Position numbers and translations under genes: made by a program. The notes beneath the pieces are model-generated. The model did not search any database. It was given only the letters and a program-made list of their open reading frames with translations, and was not told the origin of the DNA. A DNA stretch of 64,000 nt from Perna viridis (taxonomy: Eukaryota), in assembly GCA_037379345.1 (NCBI GenBank), contig CM074517.1, positions 43,752,500 through 43,816,499 of the forward strand. Direction: 5' to 3'. Shown in pieces: positions 41,740 through 55,493 of the stretch. Position 1 is the first letter of the stretch, and each line of letters opens with the position of its first letter.

Positions 41740-42002
41740 CTGAAACAAAACAAAATAATATCATTATAAGGGAAGGTGGTGGAGTTAGGAGTCTGAGAAC
41801 ACAATTGATATGAAGTTAAATCTTATCAATTATAATTGGCAACTTTAAATTTAATCATTATTATTTTTTTTTTTTAATCAATTCATGGTCAAGCATTTTT
41901 TTTCAATGCAGCCTATCATATCTTATATCAAGCTTATTTCATGAAAGAAAATGACACAGTGAGCCCAATGGGGCTAAGATGTGATGTTTGATTGTACCAT
42001 TA

Positions 42003-43770
42003 AACAAGGAGCTCACAGGAGCCTGAATTGTCCACCTGGTTGAATTTTACCTTTCAAAGGCAATAAATTTAACAAGAAGTTGTCCAACAATTTTGACTAA
42101 AGAAGTCTCAGAATTGTCAATTCAGGACATGGAGTTTCACAGGAAAATATATTGAATCTGCTCAGGTAAGCGTTTTATTTCTGTTTGTGACCATGTAGAT
42201 ATTTCTGTCATTGTATGGCGTGTCGTACAGGCCTTTAGTTAACTTCTCACGTGGCGGGTCAGTCTATGGTTTAAATTCCATTTTTGAGTGAACATTTAAT
42301 TATTTTGGGTTAATTTATTTGTTTCAGGGGTTTTTCCTATCCAGTTTTGTGCTCCATTTTGAAGGAAACAACGTATATATTGTCAAATGCTATCATCCTA
42401 GTTTTTGACACAGATATACCTAAATACCATACGTTAATGTTAGTTTTGTACGGTGTACGACGACCCATATTTCCGCAATTTAGCGGATGCTGTAATATTT
42501 ATAGTCAGCGATAGTTGGTGTTAATTTCGCTGGAATGTTGTATTAATATATCCTACAGTTCTATTTGTTACACAGTGATATTTGCTGAACTTAGTTTTCC
42601 GTCGGTGTATATGGTGAAATGTTGAAATATTGTGTGGAAGTTCAGCACAAGAATTGTGTTATTTACTTCTGAAATTTATATTGGCCTGAAGGTGTGTATT
42701 TGGTCAATTTGAATGACAAATTGTGTTGATTTATAAGAGAAATGAAAATTACAGTGTGCCATGAGAATCAGAAATGAATATATATTGAAATAGTGAAATT
42801 TAGTTTGAATTTATATAGAGAAAGTCTACAGAAATTGTTGCGTCCTAGACCCTGACCGTTGATTATGGTGTACCGTAGGAGCTATGGTGAGAGGTGATGA
42901 CTGAATGGATCTATTAGATTTTACTACACCAATTTTTAGTCTGTTTACTGTATGTGAACTGTGACTTCTGTTTGCTTACATACTTTCATTTGCATGCCCA
43001 TTTATTTATGTTCATTTGCATGTTGTATATATGTTTTGTTTTGTTTGATTTGTTCAGTTTATTTAGTTTTAGTATAATATTATTTTTACTTTTGTCTCTA
43101 TGAATGTTGGCCAACTGACAATCTGACTAGCCTACGTCTTTACAACTTATCATAAGATCTTTTCAACAATTGAAAGTTTCTTTTAATCTACCATAGTTTT
43201 CAAGATATTGACTGAAAACTGTTAAAGAAAAAAAAGTCATTTTTCCCCTTTCAAGTGCAATAACTCTCACAAGGAGTCATCTGCCAACTTTTATCCCTGA
43301 AGACTTTTGTAGTCCTAATAACATGGACCATTGCAGCTATTGAAAGAATTTGGCTAAACCTAATGGTTTTGGAGATATATGCGAAAAACTACTGTCTGAC
43401 CATTATGTTCTATTTTTAGTAATGGCTGCCATGTTGTTTTTTTTTGACGGATCAAAAATCCCCATAACAGTTGTATGCAGGATACCCCAAGGAACATTCA
43501 TACCTAATTTGGTTTCAACTGGTCAAGTAGTGTCAGAGGAGAAGATTTTTGAAAGAAATAACATTAAAAATAGCAAAAATCATTGAAAAAGGGAAATAAC
43601 TCCAACATTGCTTAATGAATTAAAACCAAAATTTGACCAGAGATAGATCTCATCATGCTAAACGCTTTTATTTTGTCAGAATTTGGCTAAACCTAACGGT
43701 GTAGGAGATATATGTGAAAAACTACTGTCTGGCCCCCCCATGTTCTATTTTTAGTAACGGTGGCCATGTT
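42003..43770 (-). mobile_element. Second, truncated copy of the same HINE-like family, interrupted by a ~1-kb nested insertion
   Basis: 42003-42108 and ~43135-43770 are collinear with 34801-35560, sharing AACAAG..CACCTGG and GGCTAAACCTAACGGTTTTGGAGATATATGCGAAAAACTACTGTCTGACC-type blocks. Confidence 0.8.
42109..43125. mobile_element. ~1.0-kb non-autonomous DNA-transposon-like insertion nested in the HINE copy
   Basis: Absent from the paralogous copy at 34801; imperfect TIRs CAGAATTGTCAATT / AACTGACAATCTG; reversed A/T skew and more CpG than the flanks. Confidence 0.65.
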
Positions 43771-44347
43771 TATATATGAATATTTTGAACTAAATTACTT
43801 CTTCATGAAGTACATTTAAATGCAAGTAAAAACTATCTCTGTGATAGAAAAGAATTATACTACAGATTTTAAATAATGAAGAGTTAAGTACAGATCCATG
43901 TAAGAATCAAGCAGGACCAATAATAACAGTTGCCTTTTATTTTAAAATGTTTTTAATTTCCTGTATTTTTTAGCAAAATTGATCAATAATGTTGATTCAA
44001 CATTGGTCTGGAACATCCCATCCCCTTTAGAAATGGGTGGAACTCTCTTCAGCACTCCTGAAGCACAAATTGTATTTCATGTGAGTCAAACATATATTAG
44101 TTATCAAAAATCAATATTAATTCAACATTTGTTGAAATATTGAATTGCACTGTATAACATTATAAATTTCAAGTTATCATTTCAAAGATTGAATTCCTCA
44201 ATTTTTTTTACATAAATGTGGACAATTTTTACATGGTACATATTTTTTTTGTCCATAGATTTATTTTCAAATAACATTAGAATGGAGGTTAATATATTAT
44301 ATTTGAAGATTTGTTGTCTTCAATGTACTCTATTGCTCAATCTGCCA

Positions 44348-44517
44348 CTACCAAATCCATGGCTGATAACTCCAAACCTCCCTACCAAATCCATGGCTGA
44401 TGACTGCAAACCTCCCTACCAAATCCATGGCTGATGTTTCCAAACCTCCCTACCAAACCCATGGCAGATGACTCCAAACCTCCCTACCAAATCCATGGCT
44501 GATGACTCCAAACCTCC
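44348..44517. repeat. 34-bp minisatellite, 5 copies
   Basis: CTACCAAATCCATGGCTGATGACTCCAAACCTCC at 44348, 44382, 44416, 44450, 44484. Confidence 0.95.
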
Positions 44518-45454
44518 ATAATGCATTACCTTTATCTCCTAAGTATGCTGTCAAAAATTCCACAGTATCAAACACCACTTGCCTGGATCTTATAGACACT
44601 AATAGTCAAGTTGAGAACAAAGTCCAGATCAAAGATTGATATTGAAAGAGACCGGTGTTGAGCATTGTACCATGCAACAGGAGTCACAGATTGATTTTGT
44701 GTTTTATGGAAGACTTCCTTCTTCCTCATACTGCCCACATTAGACTGGTAGTTGTACAGTAACAAAAACTTTCATTCACAAACATTATATACTGAAGTGA
44801 AGAAATGTAAATCCAGCAAACTAGACAACTATTTCCATGTATAATCTACAAGACCTGAACACATGGATCCACATTTTCAGATTAACCAAAGATAATCATT
44901 GAAATACATATACAGAATATGGTTCCTGTATGCAACCTTACTCTAAAATACATCCAAATATTGCCTATTATGAAATTACAAAATTACAACCATGAAAATC
45001 TTCATTTGCATTATCACCCTTTGCAAGAGCAGATATATCATGTTTCAAGCACATCTACATCTAATGCCTTACCTTCCTAGAAGTTTCATTAAAATCCATT
45101 GAATGATTTTGGACATATACAAGGATGGACAAACAGACCTAAGTGAATCATACACATCCTTGAACTTTGTTTTAAGGGGTACAAGAAAACAGAAAGCACA
45201 ATAATACAGCACAGTAGTACAAATCAATTTATGTCAGAACACCAAACGGACATATCTTAGAGCTGATATATAATCATACTCTAAGAACACAGTGATTATA
45301 CCATGAATGTAGTTTATGGAGATGAGATTTCCCTTGCTATACTAATCAATAGAAAATCATACAAAGATCAGACAAATGCATAATGTCATAATTATATAAT
45401 CTGTCAAAATTCCGTGGAAAACCATAATGTGACTCAGAAGAACAAAGGATGCAG

Positions 45455-45530
45455 AAATGTGCATCTGATGGTGCATCTGTCAATAAGGAAAGAAAACAGA
45501 CTGATGAAAGATGAACGACCCCAGATGGAA
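45455..45530 (+). pseudogene. Tiny degenerate hAT (ZNF862-like) transposase fragment
   Basis: Frame reads KCASDGASVNKERK, then after a frameshift LMKDERP; resembles the conserved (S/T)DGASVN..G....L....P block of hAT transposases. Confidence 0.45.
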
Positions 45531-47167
45531 AGAAAAGTGCTACTGAAGATACAAAAAAGTTGCATTTAGTCATGACAATTTAGTGACAAGTTTACAAGTC
45601 AGACATGATTATAGTCAATTATCCATTTTCGGTCATTTTTACAACTACTGGTAACAAATGTAAAAACTTATCCACATTTCTCCACACATAGTGGTCCTTA
45701 TATATGTATCATAAAAAGAGACTTGAGACAGATAAAATAAGTGAAATCTAATAATTCACCTACATTGTGCTTGTAATAAGAAATTATGGCAGAAATATAC
45801 ATAATACGTCAAAGGATTCTTTAATTATGTTTTATACTATATTCAAAACTTCCAAAGGGCAAAGAAAGTCTAGACAAATAATTTGATCTCCCCCCTATTT
45901 TAAACTTTTTTTTTACTCTTAACAGTCACAACAAATCACCTACCTTGGGGCAACCTTAATCCTCAGTTCAAATAATGGTAAACAGCTGATTCACTGAACA
46001 CACACAAAATGGGACCATTTCCTGTTTAACTTTCAAGCTATTGAGATATTTGTAGGGATACCCACTTGTGGATGTCTCCTTCAATGGATATCCACTTTTA
46101 AAATTTCCGAAATTGGACTTCCTGTTCTAATTCATATAATTTGTTGATTTTTCCACCTTTATAACCTGGTAATAACAACAAAAGGCTCTCACCATCTGTC
46201 TTCTGTTACTATTAAATTCCAATTTAAGATTAAAAGGGAAACAAGACACTAAATGGAGATATTTTAAGTGTTATCCAGCACACAATGACCACTACATAAC
46301 TGGCCACTTTAATCAATATAAAACACCTAATTTGAACTTTTAACTCCTAGCATTGGTCACTACACATTGTGGTTATAGAGACTTAGGAACAGCACATGCC
46401 TTCCAGGTTAAAGATTTATGTTAATCATTGTAATAAGATATACCTTAAAAATCGTAATGTGACATAATTTTACAATTTAATCGCTAGTTGCAGGTAAGCT
46501 CAGGTAATCTGACTACTGAAACGTGGGACAAATATTTTGTATCCAAAAATCAACAAACATGACTTTATCTTGTAATCTATAATCTTGATTATTAGTTAAG
46601 CTAATATTTTCTTCCATAAAAAAGGATAACCAGTTTGTTGTGGGAAAGGATATTGTTGAGGAAAATTAATAGCTTCTAACAAAACAAGGCTTTTAATATC
46701 CTGTTAAAACTTCAATATACTTTGAACTGATTTTCATGTAAAGTAAAGATTGACTTCTAGGGGTCTATCAAAATAAAGAAGATAAAATTAAGATTTTCTG
46801 GTCATATTTGAGGATTTAAAAGTAATATTTCCATACCAACTACTGTTACACCAAAGACATTCTTTAATTTTCTAACTGTTAACTTAAAACTTAAAATGAA
46901 GAAAACAGAAAATAATTCTTAAAATATTGTATGATAGGCGATAGCATGAACCATCTTACTATAACAACAAAAGAAAAAATAATTAAATATTGCATTAACC
47001 CAAAACATGCCTTCCCTTTTACTATAACTGTGGGAAGCTATCAATTTTCAAATTATGAAAAATCAAAATTTACTTCTAACATCAAGCCACCTCACTGAAT
47101 AATAGTTTACAGCTTTCATTTCAATCCAATAGATAACTCAAAAGATACAAGGAATAAAAATCTGTCT

Positions 47168-47195
47168 GACAGACAGACAGACAGACAGACAGACA
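47168..47195. repeat. (GACA)7 microsatellite
   Basis: Direct reading. Confidence 0.9.
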
Positions 47196-49865
47196 TGAAA
47201 AAGTAGCAGTTTAAATAGTTGAAAATGTACTTATATCAAACCATTAACCATTTGACTGCATGACCTTGCAAAACAAGACCACTTTAATCAGTTCCATGTA
47301 AAATACAAGACATTTATCATTAAGTGTCAGAATTGAACTTATCGAAGATATGAATAAATAATTCATATTTGTTTTAATATAAAAATTAATCAATCAAATT
47401 TTTAATTAATCATATTTGTACTAGGCATAGTGCATCAAGAGTTCATACATTTTAATGTCAAAACACTAATGTTATTAAAATGCACCTAAATTTTAAGGCT
47501 AAAAACTTCACCACAAAACAACCAAGAATATGAATTATGTATCCCTCCCCAACTTATGATTATAATTTTAGTAATTTTCTTATTACCTTTATTCACTATA
47601 TTTCCAGTTAATGTATTTCCATGTTATGACATAAATATGCAAATTAGGTTATTAATGCTTGAATGATTATTGCAGAACATACTTTAAACTGGCACTAGAT
47701 GTTGGCAATGCATCAACAGAGTAAACAAAAACAAAAACAAAACAAAGTTCAAAAGATTATCCTCCTAACAAGTCATAGGTAAATCTTAAACCCAAAGTTC
47801 AAGCACCAGGTGTCAACCAATGACAAATAAAATACAACCAAAACAGTTTTTATTGAATGATTTCTTCAAAAGGAGTTTGGACTTAATTGAAATAAAGAAC
47901 TCCCATATAAAGTTTGAATGTGTGAATTTCCTAAAGTCATAATGTCTACCTATCTTAGGTCAAAATTGGTCTAATAAACACACCATTGAGGGATTTCATT
48001 GTTAATCACATTCAAATATCTCCAACATGGTGGTCTATAACAGATTATTTTTCTGCTAACACCACTTAATCTAGTTCAACACTGATTGAAAAGTTTACAA
48101 ATAAAGTATCTGATTGTGTAGTGATAGATAATAAGATCTGAAATTATTTGAATGGAACAGACACATTACAAGGGCTGATCAAACTTTTATGACTAGAGAC
48201 AAAAAAATGTCAAGTATGTATATTGTGTGATTAAAGAAATATTGAACCTTGAATATTGTTTTCAGAGATGTGTATTCTGTTTGAACTTGTCATTGTGTAT
48301 TGCATACTTGTTTCTTTGATGTCAGCAGTTTTGTTTGAACTTGCCCTCTTCAGTTGTACAACACATTGGTTAAGATTTTTGCCATCATAAATGACCATAT
48401 TTTTCTCTTAATCATTAATATATGTAATATCCAAAATTATGATATTTTCAGTAGTATCAAAGTGTATTTATATATACCAAACATTATTTTTAGCAAAGCA
48501 GTTATAGTTACTATTATTTTCAAATCTAAGAATAAAGGTTACTTGTTCCATTATTTATCATTACATTAGATGTAAACATAAGCCAAGACAGTACCAAAGA
48601 TATGTAGAAAATGATGTCTCTACAGTGATTTTGTTACCCTTTCATTGCTGAATATCAGCTGTTTCCTCTTGAGACTTTTCATGAAATTTTGAAAAATATT
48701 TTTCCCTAAGGGAGGAAAATTCCTAATTGTCAAGCATAATTTTTTGAAAACCAGGTAAAGAAGCCAGTGAAATGTTCCTTGAGATGTGATTTCTCTGCCT
48801 GGTGCTTTGTTCACTTCTTTTTTTTTTTTTGGCAAGTCATAACCTTATGAATATTGGGAGTATATATTTGTTAGTTCGATATCGGTTTTCAGTTCCAGAT
48901 CGGCATATGACATGTTTCTTTCCCCCATAAAGTATTTTCCCAATGTGTTGAAAATACAGCAAAAATTTACCACAAATTAAAGGGATGAGGCTTCTTTTAA
49001 AACAAGGAACAAAATCACTGCTCCACCAAAACAGTATTTTACACTACAAGGACTATTTTTTAACTTCCTGATCAAAGAGAGATAACTTGATTTTCAATCT
49101 AGCCAAATGACAAATCATTCATTTCATCCTATCACTATATTTCCTCTTTATTTCAGAGTAATGAAAATGATGAAAGACAAAGATATTCACAGACAATGAA
49201 CTAAGACCAGAGAACAATGAATTTCAGCCCATGATCAAGCTTATGATTTGTGTTGGTATAATATTTCAACAGGCCTTGACAGACAATCTGATTATTATCA
49301 AAGTTTAAATGGGGTCATGTTTAATTCTATTGGCTAGTTCAAACATGTATTGTTTAAAACTAAGTTCAAAAATAGACAAACAGTCTCAGGCCTAATTCAC
49401 ACAGTAGGTAATTTTTAATTTTTTTTTACCGAACATATTTACTGCTGAGGGCTTTGTTTTTTTCTTTTGTTCTGGCATCTACTATTTTATTACAAGTACT
49501 GACTAGGTATTCAAACAAAACCAAAATTTCTTGAATCTTCGAATTTGATTAGTCATGTAAAAAAAAAAAAATGTGAAAATAATAAAATTTTAAGTCGAGG
49601 CCTTAAAAATGACATTATAACATTAGATAATAATTATCACATTTTCAATTGTTGCTAAAGTCACCTGAAACTTAAAGAACAACACAAGATTGAGACAGAA
49701 ATTGTCACAAGTATTCCTAGTGATCATGTGATACCAGTGATACTTTGAAACCATATCATGCACTAAGTATACTGGAAACATTACATTTTTTTTTAAGTTT
49801 GTAGATTTTTTTGTAATCACCAAAACCAGAATTTTTTTAAAGGATGGCAAAAGACAGGTTCATAC

Positions 49866-49925
49866 CTGGCAAGCTTTCATTGCAGTTGTCGAGGAGCCTG
49901 GACCTGTACATCCTCTCTGGTGTCA
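49866..49925 (-). CDS. RASAL2: Internal symmetric exon (60 nt, phase 1-1): xTPERMYRSRLLDNCNESLP
   Basis: Acceptor aatttttttttcag, donor CAG|gtatga, GC-rich island in AT-rich DNA, open in phase 1. Confidence 0.78.
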
Positions 49926-50989
49926 CTGAAAAAAAATTTAAAAAAACATCTAAGAAATCATTTCCAAATAAACACAAATAATAATGAAAAAAGTTATGAA
50001 TTATGAGTCCTATGATACATGGTAATTGCAACCAGTGTTATTTATCTTGTAAACAAATATTACAAGTAATTGTACCATTTTTCAGTTGTTTTTTTTTTTT
50101 TATTTTAGGTCAAACCAAGAATGGAATTTCCAAACAACATGCAAATTATTTATTGAAAATATATAAAATATAAACAAATTCAAATCCTTAACAACTTTTG
50201 CATAAATTTATACTATAAAGAACATTTAAAAAAAAAGAATTTAGACTATACATGTACCTGTAGCAGAACGAGAAAAATATTTCCGTCTTAGAGAATTGTG
50301 AAAATCCATAATTTTTTAACTAAAAAAAAAAGAAATCCACTCAAATGTGCTAAAGACATAAAGTGCCATGCAGAAGTTCAAGAGAAATGAAATCAACAAG
50401 CGAAATTTAAGCTCTCTAGGAGCTACCCATGGTTCAGTAATCTCCCTTTGTTTTACTCTCTTTTGTGTACACTTTTTGCCTATCTAAAGTCAGGGTTCTC
50501 AATTTACATAAGAACTCTCAATTTCACTAGCTTTCTGACTTACAGTACTTAAAAGCAGGTCATTCTATTTGCATTTGCATTTCTATTTAAATTGTTTGTT
50601 GAATCTATTTACACATACTTGAAAAATTTACTTAATTTAAAGTTTGAATGATCTTATACACTGTATCTACCAGAGTAAATGTTGAAACAAGACATACAAA
50701 AAAAGGGATATCTTTGAATGATGTAACTTCTAAATGATATTATTAAAACCAACTAGTAACACAAGAGACTGACAATCAAATCAACTTGTTTGCAGTTTCA
50801 TAAAGAAATATCAAACTCTATACATAAAATGATTACTTCATATCAACGATAATGGCCATTATTTTTTAGTACCAGCCCACATAAGATTCAGACACTGCCT
50901 ATGGCAAAGGAAAAACCCACCAAACAAACAATGCTTTTTCAGTCTATACCTTCACATAAAGACAATAATTTCTGCAATCAGATCTGCAT

Positions 50990-51247
50990 TTTTTAGAAAA
51001 TCATACATTCATCTCACACTAAAATCAACCAACTGAAACCAAATCAAGAACCACAACTCTTGCAAAGTGTCAATTTCATGTACAATCTATATAATATTTA
51101 TCTAAAAAGTGCAACACCCACATGAAAAAACTAAAGACTAGTTATGTAATCAGTAAATGTTTCTGAACAAGAAATAAAAAAAACTAAAATTGGTGGGTTT
51201 TTGACATGCATGAATCACTTTCTGTCTGATTTTTAGAAAGACTGCTA
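50990..51247 (+). repeat. Dispersed repeat, copy 1 (copy 2 at ~61863-62092)
   Basis: TTTAGAAAATCATACATTCATCTC.CACT ... AACTCTTGCAAAGT ... CATGAATCAC.TT.TGTCTGATTTTTA.AAAGACTG shared. Confidence 0.8.
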
Positions 51248-51586
51248 CTAAAATAATAAAAACAATATGATTGCCAAAAACTAGAAAAACAGTGAGCTTA
51301 CCTCACTAAAGATACTCCTACACCCTACCCAGGGACCATATGGTAAGAATATAAATAAAGTCCTCAAAGAGGAAGTTTATGTCACTGCAGTCTGAAATCA
51401 AATCCTGGGATATGACATGGATTTTGTACCTATATTAAGTTCCTGTCAAAGTATCAAATGGCTGTTATAAAGTAGTAGCAGAGAAAACTGTAATGATATT
51501 AGGTTGTAGACAGAAGAACAGTCAAATGAACAGACAGACGGACACTACTGCAGGGGTATAATAAATATGTTTCTATCATATTAGGT

Positions 51587-51660
51587 AAGATAAGCTTATA
51601 AACTAACTATGTAACCCTCTCAAAATAAAGGTTTTATTATTATTATTATTATTATTATTA
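51587..51660 (+). mobile_element. Extreme 3' stub (~70 bp) of the same LINE family as 23044-23620
   Basis: AAGATAAGCTTATAAACTAACTATGTAACCCTCTCAAAATAAAGGTTT(TAT)n closely matches the reverse complement of 23044-23113. Confidence 0.8.
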
Positions 51661-54600
51661 ATATATAAATTTGAGTAATATCTATGATATAATAGAAACA
51701 ATATATTTCTTTTTTTTTTTTTGGAAAGGAGACATGAAGCCAGTCATAAGATGTTCATCGATAAAATCTTATTTGGCATATAAATCAGATAAAAACATTT
51801 TGCAGCAAATAGCCAATTAAAACATTGAAAAAGTAACTGATAAAGTGAAACAGGGAGGTAACTCTAAATTCCTTGGCAAACTTCCTGATTTGCCTTTATG
51901 CTCCAATGCAACAACCAAAAATCATTATGTAAATGATCCCCTTTAAGTGTAAAATAACATTTTACAAACCATTAAACCTCCGTGTAATAATATGTTATAC
52001 AATCCAGGACCTAAAGATCACTGAACTATTGTGAGATTCTTTAAAATCTTTTAACATCTAAGCCTCTTTCTGTTTGACCTATCACATTAGACAATATATC
52101 AATATTCAACCAAAAAAAAACAGATTATAAATCCATGAAATTTCTACCCTTAAACATAATATTTAGTCAAAACAAGTGAAATATGAGGCAAAGTTTTTAA
52201 TGACATACAACATGTAGGCAGATCCATGTGACAGCCCTGAGGAACCTGGATCCCTTTATGAAATAGAATGATTTTTCCATTTTTTATTTTGGCAAAACAT
52301 TGAAAAAAATACTCAGAAAGAAATACAGTTAAAAAATAATCATGCAATTTCATTTTTAGTATTGAATTATTACCACTAGTGAATATAATTAATATTTTTT
52401 CTAATTTTTCTTAAGGAAAAAAATTTTGGCCTCTGATTTGGGCCCCCATTTTGCAGGCCTCTGGGCCTCCCACTACACGAGATATCATTATGTAGAAAGT
52501 GTTTGAAAGGACACTAATGCCAACGACATACTTTTTAGACAAAACAAAAATATGAATCAAGTTCAAAGTATTATGTTTATGACTAATAAATGGTAAGATG
52601 GGGCTTCATCCATCAGAGAACAAAACCTACCATTAAAATTATAATCCATGCGTGACAACCTAACAAACTGAGGAAGAGACCATAGACCCCAAATTTAAAA
52701 GAAAGCCCCCACTAACAATTCATTTTACTTACAAATGAAAAAGGCTCTAACACTGCAATCCTTCACATGTACAAATGAGAAATATTTCAGTATTTTCTAT
52801 TTTCTTATTGAACTTTGATCCACCTCCAACACCCAAGTAGGATGAGCATTGATAGAATTAAGCAAAAATGTATTCACAGTTGATAGTTTATCAGATGGTC
52901 TCTTTCACAACAAATTAATATCCAAATTCCTTTCAACAAGACTGACCAGAGGAAAATGAGCACTATACTGGCAATGATTCAGGTAAGTGAAGAGTCACTG
53001 ATATACTCAGACAGGCATGTAATTTTTGTACTGTAAGCTCAAAATATATTATAAGTTTTAATAGAAAGCCATGTGAGCTTTGCTAGAAGCTTTGCTAGAA
53101 ATAGAAGAAAGCACAGCTCAAATTCAAAGCCTTGGACAGGAGAGATGTGGTCCTGAGCTGAAAGTCTCACAAACAGTACAATTTATCATGGTGGTTCTAA
53201 ACCTTATCGGTATATCAGTTTTATGTCAAGTCAGTTCACTGTTGCTTTCTATATTTTGAATATGTACAGAAAAGGCTTAGAACCGCAGGAAATTGTGATG
53301 CTGTGCTAAGTATTTTCACTGTTTCAAGCCCAATTTGTACATCAAAGTTTTTGTCAAGTCAGTGCACTGTTATTGACTTTATACCACAACAAAAATTTAA
53401 AACGAAAAATGACATTTAAAGCAATAAAAACAACATTTTTCATTCGAAGGTGACAACACACTGGCAATAACAAAATGTCACAACCGAAAGTTTTATTCAG
53501 TCAGTGACCGTATATCAATTGTTATGATACGGTCAAGGCATTTTGACAGCTCAAATACATATAAAATGCATAAATGTATGGATTTAAAGTTGATGAACTG
53601 CTGAGCAGCCGTGTCTACATACTTAGCCTCAATTCAAATCTACATATGAGATGCGAAAAGAAAAGACGCTTTTTTGCCTTGCACTAAAGGTTGATTTGGC
53701 ATCAAATTTAGAAACTACATCAAGAAGGAAGTTGTCAATGTTTGATACTCAGCACATGTGTACGCCTTCCTGTTTGGTTGGATAAAATAGCTGTAACAGG
53801 CAGGATTGATATAAAGCAGAGTACTGGATTCTACCTTCTATAGATAACAAAAAACATGATATCATCTATAATACAAATACCAGTAGCTCTTTAAAAAAAA
53901 TCACTAAGACTTTAAAAATGGACATGACATTTTCAAAGACTCTCAAAAAGTCATGAAAGTTGGCATCTGTTTTCATCTGATCTAGATAAGTATGGCATAG
54001 CAATAAGTAACAATCCAAATTATTCAATTTTACAAACAAAATTTGAGAACTTAATTTTTTGAGATACAGCTGTTAGAAAACTTGTTAGCTTAGATTTGGC
54101 TCATCAGTAACTTAAAATAAACAAAGCCCAGCACTAAGGAATCATAAAGACCAATTATCAGCACATGTTATCTTTCATTCTTAAAATTTAAATCATTAAT
54201 CATAAAATTATAAATATGAATCATTAATCAATTTTTGATTGCTAACAGCTCACACTACAAAATGAGGTTTATAAATTTCAGGAATAGCAGTATTGAAGCA
54301 AGCTGGTAATAGATGGCTACCATTTGATAAAGTAAGAACAAATCAAAGGGATCATTCACTTCACTGCAATCAATTTATTAAAGACCTATTATTTACATAC
54401 TTTTATTTTATGCCGATTCTGCAGATTTAAAGAAATCAAGAAAAAATCTCCATTTCCAGTGGTGTATATAACAGTAGGTATGAAACTATAGGAGTTAACT
54501 TGAAAGTCATATCAAGGAGACTATGATTAGAATGAGGAACAGGAAACTCACAACCAGGAGACAAAGACTTAACCAAGAACATACCTTAAATAACACATTA

Positions 54601-54917
54601 AATACAGAAATACACACAAAAATTAAAGAACAAATGTCACAGCAACTAGAAATTCCCTAAAAACTGGGAGTATGAACCTGATACACCTTGCTTCATAGAA
54701 ACAATATTTCAGTTTCAGTCTTTTTTGAAAGACATGATTCATAATAAGCCAATTTTGAAAACAATGTCTTGATCACAGTTTTAAATTTGTTTTGATAAAA
54801 GGAGCTTTTGCATAACCTGACATCTCTTAAGCCTGACTCATGTGTACAACCCCAGTACCCACAGGGATATCATGACATCACTTAATTAACCTACAGTTGA
54901 TTACCTGACACCAAGGC

Positions 54918-55102
54918 CAGGCGCGGATATAAGGACTGGCGTCTCAGGCGTACGCCCCCTCCCCCCCACTTATTACATAAGAAAAAAATTTTCACCATAA
55001 ATTTCACCCCATAATATTGCTTTGCCTTGCTTTGCACAGCATTTGATTCAATTAACGCCCCCCCCTCCCCCCCCCAAAACTTAAATCCTGGATCCGCCCC
55101 TG
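54918..55102. mobile_element. GC-rich MITE with CAGGGGCGGAT-type TIRs (PIF/Harbinger-like)
   Basis: CAGGCGCGGAT ... ATCCGCCCCTG inverted ends; internal repeated ACGCCCCC; degenerate relatives at ~1012-1238 and ~15863-16044. Confidence 0.65.
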
Positions 55103-55307
55103 CCCCTAGCCTGACACTGTGTATAACAGTAACGACTGTGGGGATTTTTTAAACATCACTCAAGCCTGACACTTATGAATTTCTCAAGTTCCAGCAGGAA
55201 TAATCTAGCATCACCGAACCTTAACACATCTGAACTTTCCAGTACCTACAGGCATTTTTTAACATCATACCTCTTTCACGTGTGAACTTCACAAGAGCTT
55301 GTTTGTC

Positions 55308-55493
55308 AGGTACCAATTTTTGTGGTTTTCATGTGAGCGGTAAACCACAAAATTCAGTTCCCAGCAAAAAAAAAATAATCCATTCATTTGTATGATGGAG
55401 TTGTCAAATCCACCATTTCAAGGATCTACAAACTGATGATATTTCCCTGAACCACGAAAATTGGTACCCACAAATAAAAGTATTTTAACAGTA
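55308..55493 (-). mobile_element. Copy of the TACTGT-ended repeat inserted in the 55-bp minisatellite
   Basis: GGTACCAATTTTTGTGGTTTTC ... AACCACGAAAATTGGTACC internal inverted repeat, ends ACAGTA. Confidence 0.65.

Noticed and set aside
35472-43586. Two similar ORFs starting MAKPNGFGDICEKLLSD (35472-35699 and 43350-43586)
   Set aside because: Both lie in copies of the same non-coding HINE-like repeat and start at TTG; the similarity is at the DNA repeat level
44568-44765. GC-richer minus-strand ORF with a possible GC donor (CAG|gcaagt)
   Set aside because: Phase 0, incompatible with the exon chain; no recognisable homology
51302-51391. 90-nt pseudo-exon with good splice signals (atttcag ... 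GAG|gtaagc)
   Set aside because: Contains a TAG stop in the required phase-1 frame and resembles a dispersed repeat; cannot be excluded as a poison exon
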